Below are positions 60,111-64,000 of a DNA stretch of 64,000 nucleotides, one piece after another (position 1 is the stretch's first letter; each line of letters opens with the position of its first letter). The notes beneath the pieces are model-generated. The model was not told the DNA's origin. It did not search any database and was given only the letters and a program-made list of their open reading frames with translations. The stretch covers positions 64,001 to 128,000 of the forward strand of contig JBEPVF010000002.1 in NCBI GenBank assembly GCA_041691135.1, given 5' to 3'. This DNA comes from Candidatus Peribacteria bacterium. Lineage in GTDB: Bacteria > Patescibacteriota > Gracilibacteria > Peribacterales > Peribacteraceae. The position numbers and the translations under genes were made by a program.

Positions 60111-60197
60111 ATTCACATTAATTGATAATTAAGCCACAAGATCACTTTATAATTTATTCTTTTGCTAATTAAGCCCATCTATAAAAGACCAAGCAAT

Positions 60198-60728
60198 ATG
60201 AAGCCAATCCGTTTTACAGCGAAGCCCTACACCATCGGCTCATGGACCATTTTGCGGGTGCCAAAGAGTGTGAGTGCAAAACTTCCATCGCGAGGCATGG
60301 CAATGGTGGAAGGGACTGCCAATGGTTTCAAATTTCAAATCCCACTCGAACCAGACGGGACGGGTGGCCATTGGTTCAAGGCGGATAAAACTATGCGCGA
60401 AGCCATGGGAGCAGATGCAGGCGACGATATAACATTCGCAATCGAGCCGCTCAAAGAATGGCCCAATCCTTCCATGCCAGCAGATTTGAAGGACGCTCTC
60501 GCGACTGTTCCGAAAGCCCAGAGCCTATGGAAGGACATCACGCCCATCGCACGTTGGGATTGGATCCGCTGGATCCGCTCAACCGCAGAACCAGAAACAC
60601 GAAAGCGACGAATCGAAGTGGCATGCTCAAAGCTCAAGTCTGGTGAGCGACGGCCATGTTGTTTTAACCGGAACATGTGCACAGAGCCTTCGGTGTGCAA
60701 GGGCGGAGTGCTCTTGGAACCGATGTAA
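60198..60728 (+). CDS. DUF1905 + YdeI/OmpD-associated domain protein
   Basis: LPSRG..VEG, GHWF, PADL, WIRSTAEPETRKRRI, RPCCF. Confidence 0.85.
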   Translation: MKPIRFTAKPYTIGSWTILRVPKSVSAKLPSRGMAMVEGTANGFKFQIPLEPDGTGGHWFKADKTMREAMGADAGDDITFAIEPLKEWPNPSMPADLKDALATVPKAQSLWKDITPIARWDWIRWIRSTAEPETRKRRIEVACSKLKSGERRPCCFNRNMCTEPSVCKGGVLLEPM

Positions 60729-60809
60729 ATGGGGCTTTGGACTATCAACTTCCGGTTTCACCCCCAAATCCTCTACACTGCTTTCACCCTGTCCCTCCCC
60801 CTTTCTCTT

Positions 60810-61196
60810 ATGTCCACTCGCGTCGGTTCTGTTATCGGCTGGATTTGCGCCAGTCTTGTCGCCCTGTTCACGCTCTTCAGTGCCGCTCTGGAATTCATGC
60901 CCGTCACCGATCCGGTCACGGCCGCCTTCGTCGAAAAGCTCGGCATTACCGGCATGGGCCTCCAACTCGGCATCACAAAAATTATTATCACCCTACTCTA
61001 TCTGTTCCCACGCACGTCGACTGTCGGATTTGTCCTGATCATCGGCTACTACGGCGGAGCTCTCGCCACGAACATCACGCATGGTTTTACATTTATGGAC
61101 ACACTGCCGATCTACGTCGTCTTTGCCCTGCTCACAATCAGCGCTTGGTTCCGCAATCCGGAACTGCTGGCAAGATTGAGAGGGAAGACTGTATAG
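60810..61196 (+). CDS. DoxX-like membrane protein
   Basis: LYLFPRTSTVGFVLIIGYYGGALATN. Confidence 0.85.
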   Translation: MSTRVGSVIGWICASLVALFTLFSAALEFMPVTDPVTAAFVEKLGITGMGLQLGITKIIITLLYLFPRTSTVGFVLIIGYYGGALATNITHGFTFMDTLPIYVVFALLTISAWFRNPELLARLRGKTV

Positions 61197-61460
61197 AAGC
61201 AGCATCTTTTCATTGCTTTCATTTACACTATTTTTCATAGCCAAAAGTTTTATAATTTGGCAGTGAGGAAAATTCTCAACGCCATCATGAGCGCCTTTAC
61301 TTTCCTCTTCACAGGAGGTAAATACGGTTCGTATGTGGAAGGCAAACTCTGTCCAAAATGTCATACCAATCGCATTAAATTACACAAGAAGTGCTGCGGT
61401 GCGTGCTACGACAAATACTTCAAATAGAGACACGACTGGGGTCGTCTACTTTCCTTCTGT

Positions 61461-62882
61461 TTACAGCGGCAACGTAAACGTCACCGTCGTCCCTTTGCCC
61501 ACCGTACTCTCGGCCCACATCTCGCCATCCACACGCATGATAATTTCGTGCGCCGTGTACAGACCGAGTCCGTTGCCGACCGGCTTGCTGGAGTACGCGT
61601 TCGACGCGCGCGAGAAACGTTCGAAGATGTGCGGCAGATCGTGCGGAGGAATGCCGCAACCGTGATCGCGGACCTCGACTTGAATCGCATTCTTGGTGCG
61701 GTACGCGCGGACGGCGATGGTGCTTCCTTCGGGCGAGTAGGTCATCGCATTGTCGAGCAGTTCGCGGAGCACGGCACTCAGCAGATTTACGTCCAGCTTC
61801 ACGACCGGCAGGTTCTCGGTGATCTCCATTTCCAAATGCTGCTTGCGCGCGGCGCGGACGGCACCCGTTTCGTTGGCCACGCGTTCGATCACTTCGCGGA
61901 CACGCGACGGTTGTGCAGGCGGCTGAACACGTCCGCTGCTGACATCGAGTGCTTCCTGCAGAGCAGTCATCATGGCTTCCATGCGGGCCACTCCTTCGCT
62001 GATCATCTGGATACTCAGATTGCCTTCGGGGGTTTTGCGCGTTTTTTCGGCTTCGCGAATGAAGTCGAGCGACCATTTAAAACTCGAGAGCGGCGCACCG
62101 AGCTGATGACTGATCAATTGCATCAATGCGGACCGCTGGCGATCGAGTTCGCTGATCAGCTCCACGCGGCGGGAAGCGATAAAGATGACGACATACGTCC
62201 CCATCAGCAAAGCCACGACGAGCATCAGCATCAGCACAATGGGCGAAATAATGCTGCGTGCCTGCTGAAAATATTCATCGGCGCTCATGTCGAGTCCGAT
62301 GATGGCGACGGTCGACCCGTCCTTGGCGCGGATCGGCGCGTATCCCGAAATCAAATTTCCCCACTGGTCACTACTCACCGCGTCATCAACCGACGGATCA
62401 TGAAACGCGGCGTCCATCGCCGGCGCATCGGTGATGTCGTACACGTCGCCCGGATACGACGCCATTTCATCCTTCTCCACGACGCCGTCGTGATTGCGAT
62501 CCAGCTGCTGCTCGGTTTTGAGCGCATCGGCATCAGCGACGAATTCCAAGCGTAGCGGATCAACCGTATGTCTGAGCAAATAGGCGAACCGGATGTGTGG
62601 CATGTTGGCTCGGATTGCATTCAGTTGATCGACGAGCGTGTAAAATGCCGGACTCTGTACGTCTTTGACATCGTGGATCCTTTCGATCAGCTGCGGATCG
62701 AACTGGAGCGCGGCCAATGCGGCATCGTCACGCAGACGATTCTTCAACTGTTCCTCCATCACGCGCTGTGCATTGATAAAGAAGAGCGCTCCCAACGTGG
62801 CGATGAGCAGCAGAACCGACACGCCCACCAGGAACGTGCGTGAACGAAGGAACGCCAACCAAGTTACAGTGGAATGTTTCAT
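61461..62882 (-). CDS. Sensor histidine kinase (orphan; paralogue of 43155-44528)
   Basis: Cache-like DQWGNLISGYAPI; SHQLGAPL; DNAMTYS; KPVGNGLGL. Confidence 0.92.
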   Translation of the reverse strand: MKHSTVTWLAFLRSRTFLVGVSVLLLIATLGALFFINAQRVMEEQLKNRLRDDAALAALQFDPQLIERIHDVKDVQSPAFYTLVDQLNAIRANMPHIRFAYLLRHTVDPLRLEFVADADALKTEQQLDRNHDGVVEKDEMASYPGDVYDITDAPAMDAAFHDPSVDDAVSSDQWGNLISGYAPIRAKDGSTVAIIGLDMSADEYFQQARSIISPIVLMLMLVVALLMGTYVVIFIASRRVELISELDRQRSALMQLISHQLGAPLSSFKWSLDFIREAEKTRKTPEGNLSIQMISEGVARMEAMMTALQEALDVSSGRVQPPAQPSRVREVIERVANETGAVRAARKQHLEMEITENLPVVKLDVNLLSAVLRELLDNAMTYSPEGSTIAVRAYRTKNAIQVEVRDHGCGIPPHDLPHIFERFSRASNAYSSKPVGNGLGLYTAHEIIMRVDGEMWAESTVGKGTTVTFTLPL

Positions 62883-62965
62883 GTGTATTTTCCTTTATAG
62901 TATAGCAGAAAAACGCGCTTTTCACACGCCGATCTGACGGCTTCAAAACCTTCAAATGTCCGTTT

Positions 62966-63613
62966 CTATGGGCGAATAGTCGCTTCATCCGGATCCACCA
63001 CAATCAGAATGAATTGCGTGGACGGAGTCATGAGGTGCTGCGATGCATCGAGCCACGTGATGCCGTGCGTTTGTGCGAAAGCCTGCAGCGACGGGCCGAG
63101 TTCCGAATCGGCAAGTGCCGCGGGTGACGCCAGGAATTCGCCGGTGAACTGCTGATTATACGGAATGCTCTCATCTTTTGTTTCCTGACCATTGTAGATA
63201 TACAGATAAAACTTCTCCGATCCGTCGTCCGATTTTCGGTGAATGGTATTGGTCCAAGGAGCGGATGACTGGGAGCCAGTCGTACTTACGATCACCATCG
63301 TGCTCTGCTGGATATCGGTGCAATGCTGGAGCAATAATGTATAGACCGGTACGACACCTTTGTATCCGATCAGGTTTCCCAGTGTCATCGGTACGCACAG
63401 CTCGGGTGGCTGTGAAAAATTGGTACTGCTGAACCCCCCCTGAGACGAAATACCGGGAACAGTCATCTGCGAAGACATCGCATCCTGCGACGGCATTTGT
63501 GCATCCAATTCGGGCTGCCGCACGACCGATGCGACGGAGACGAGTGCCAGTGCAAACGTTGCCACCAAGGCGGAGTGGACGATTGTGCCGGGGGCAGGAC
63601 GGGAAAACTTCAT
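62966..63613 (-). CDS. Hypothetical exported protein
   Basis: N-terminal hydrophobic segment, Ser/Gln linker. Confidence 0.65.
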   Translation of the reverse strand: MKFSRPAPGTIVHSALVATFALALVSVASVVRQPELDAQMPSQDAMSSQMTVPGISSQGGFSSTNFSQPPELCVPMTLGNLIGYKGVVPVYTLLLQHCTDIQQSTMVIVSTTGSQSSAPWTNTIHRKSDDGSEKFYLYIYNGQETKDESIPYNQQFTGEFLASPAALADSELGPSLQAFAQTHGITWLDASQHLMTPSTQFILIVVDPDEATIRP

Positions 63614-63749
63614 GAAAACCACAAAGGGAAATCTACTTATTTTAGCATACTATTGTGGTTTTTACCATGTCTCTCCGCCTCTCTACGACACGTGAAAAGG
63701 GCAATTCCGGTCGTGACTCGCCGATCTGTATCCGTTACACTCAAACTCC

Positions 63750-64000
63750 ATGAAACCGCTCTCAACCGATCAAATTCGCAGCGCGTACCTCGATTTCTAC
63801 CGGTCCAAAGGACACGCAATCATTCCGAGCGCGCCGCTATTGCCCGAGAATGATCCAACCACTCTGTTTACCGGATCGGGTATGCAGCCGATGCTTCCAT
63901 ACTTGCTCGGCGAAAAACATCCGCTCGGCACGCGCATCGCCGACAGTCAGAAGAGTTTTCGGTCGGTCGATATAGAGGAGGTCGGCGACAATCGACACAC
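63750..64000 (+). CDS. alaS: Alanine--tRNA ligase (5' part, runs off the window)
   Basis: MKPLSTDQIRSAYLDFYRSKGH..PENDPTTLFTGSGMQP..SQKSFRSVDIEEVGDNRH. Confidence 0.95.
   Translation, partial: MKPLSTDQIRSAYLDFYRSKGHAIIPSAPLLPENDPTTLFTGSGMQPMLPYLLGEKHPLGTRIADSQKSFRSVDIEEVGDNRH

Overview
This is a chromosomal segment of a bacterium using the standard genetic code (TAA, TAG and TGA all act as stops). It is most likely a CPR/Patescibacteria member of Peribacteria/Peregrinibacteria type; this is inferred from several SLH proteins, mostly leaderless genes, an aaRS with inserted domains and a long tmRNA tag. Housekeeping content: ribE-ribH-(SLH)-ribBA, uvrA, an RSH enzyme, ansA, ileS, nth, the 5' end of alaS, tRNA-Gln(CTG), tRNA-Arg(TCG) and tmRNA, plus efflux and regulatory genes (MarR-EmrAB-like, TipA-like MerR, ECF sigma, two orphan histidine kinases). 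Most notable: (1) a ~270-400 nt non-coding element in three copies with clear compensatory base changes and modular REP-like tails; (2) six stand-alone divergent genes that share TTGACA placed 34-35 nt before ATG; (3) an SF2 helicase with six 75-76 aa C-terminal repeats, directly downstream of tRNA-Gln; (4) att-like scars marking serial integration at tRNA-Gln and tmRNA; (5) a Cys/Ser-rich leader-peptide attenuator; (6) an IleRS with two separately inserted histidine-phosphatase domains; (7) a long sigma-70 gene missed by the ORF track that seems to carry a degenerate second sigma module, next to a STAS gene; (8) a synthetase-dead RSH. All family calls come from motif recognition by eye; no database searches were run.
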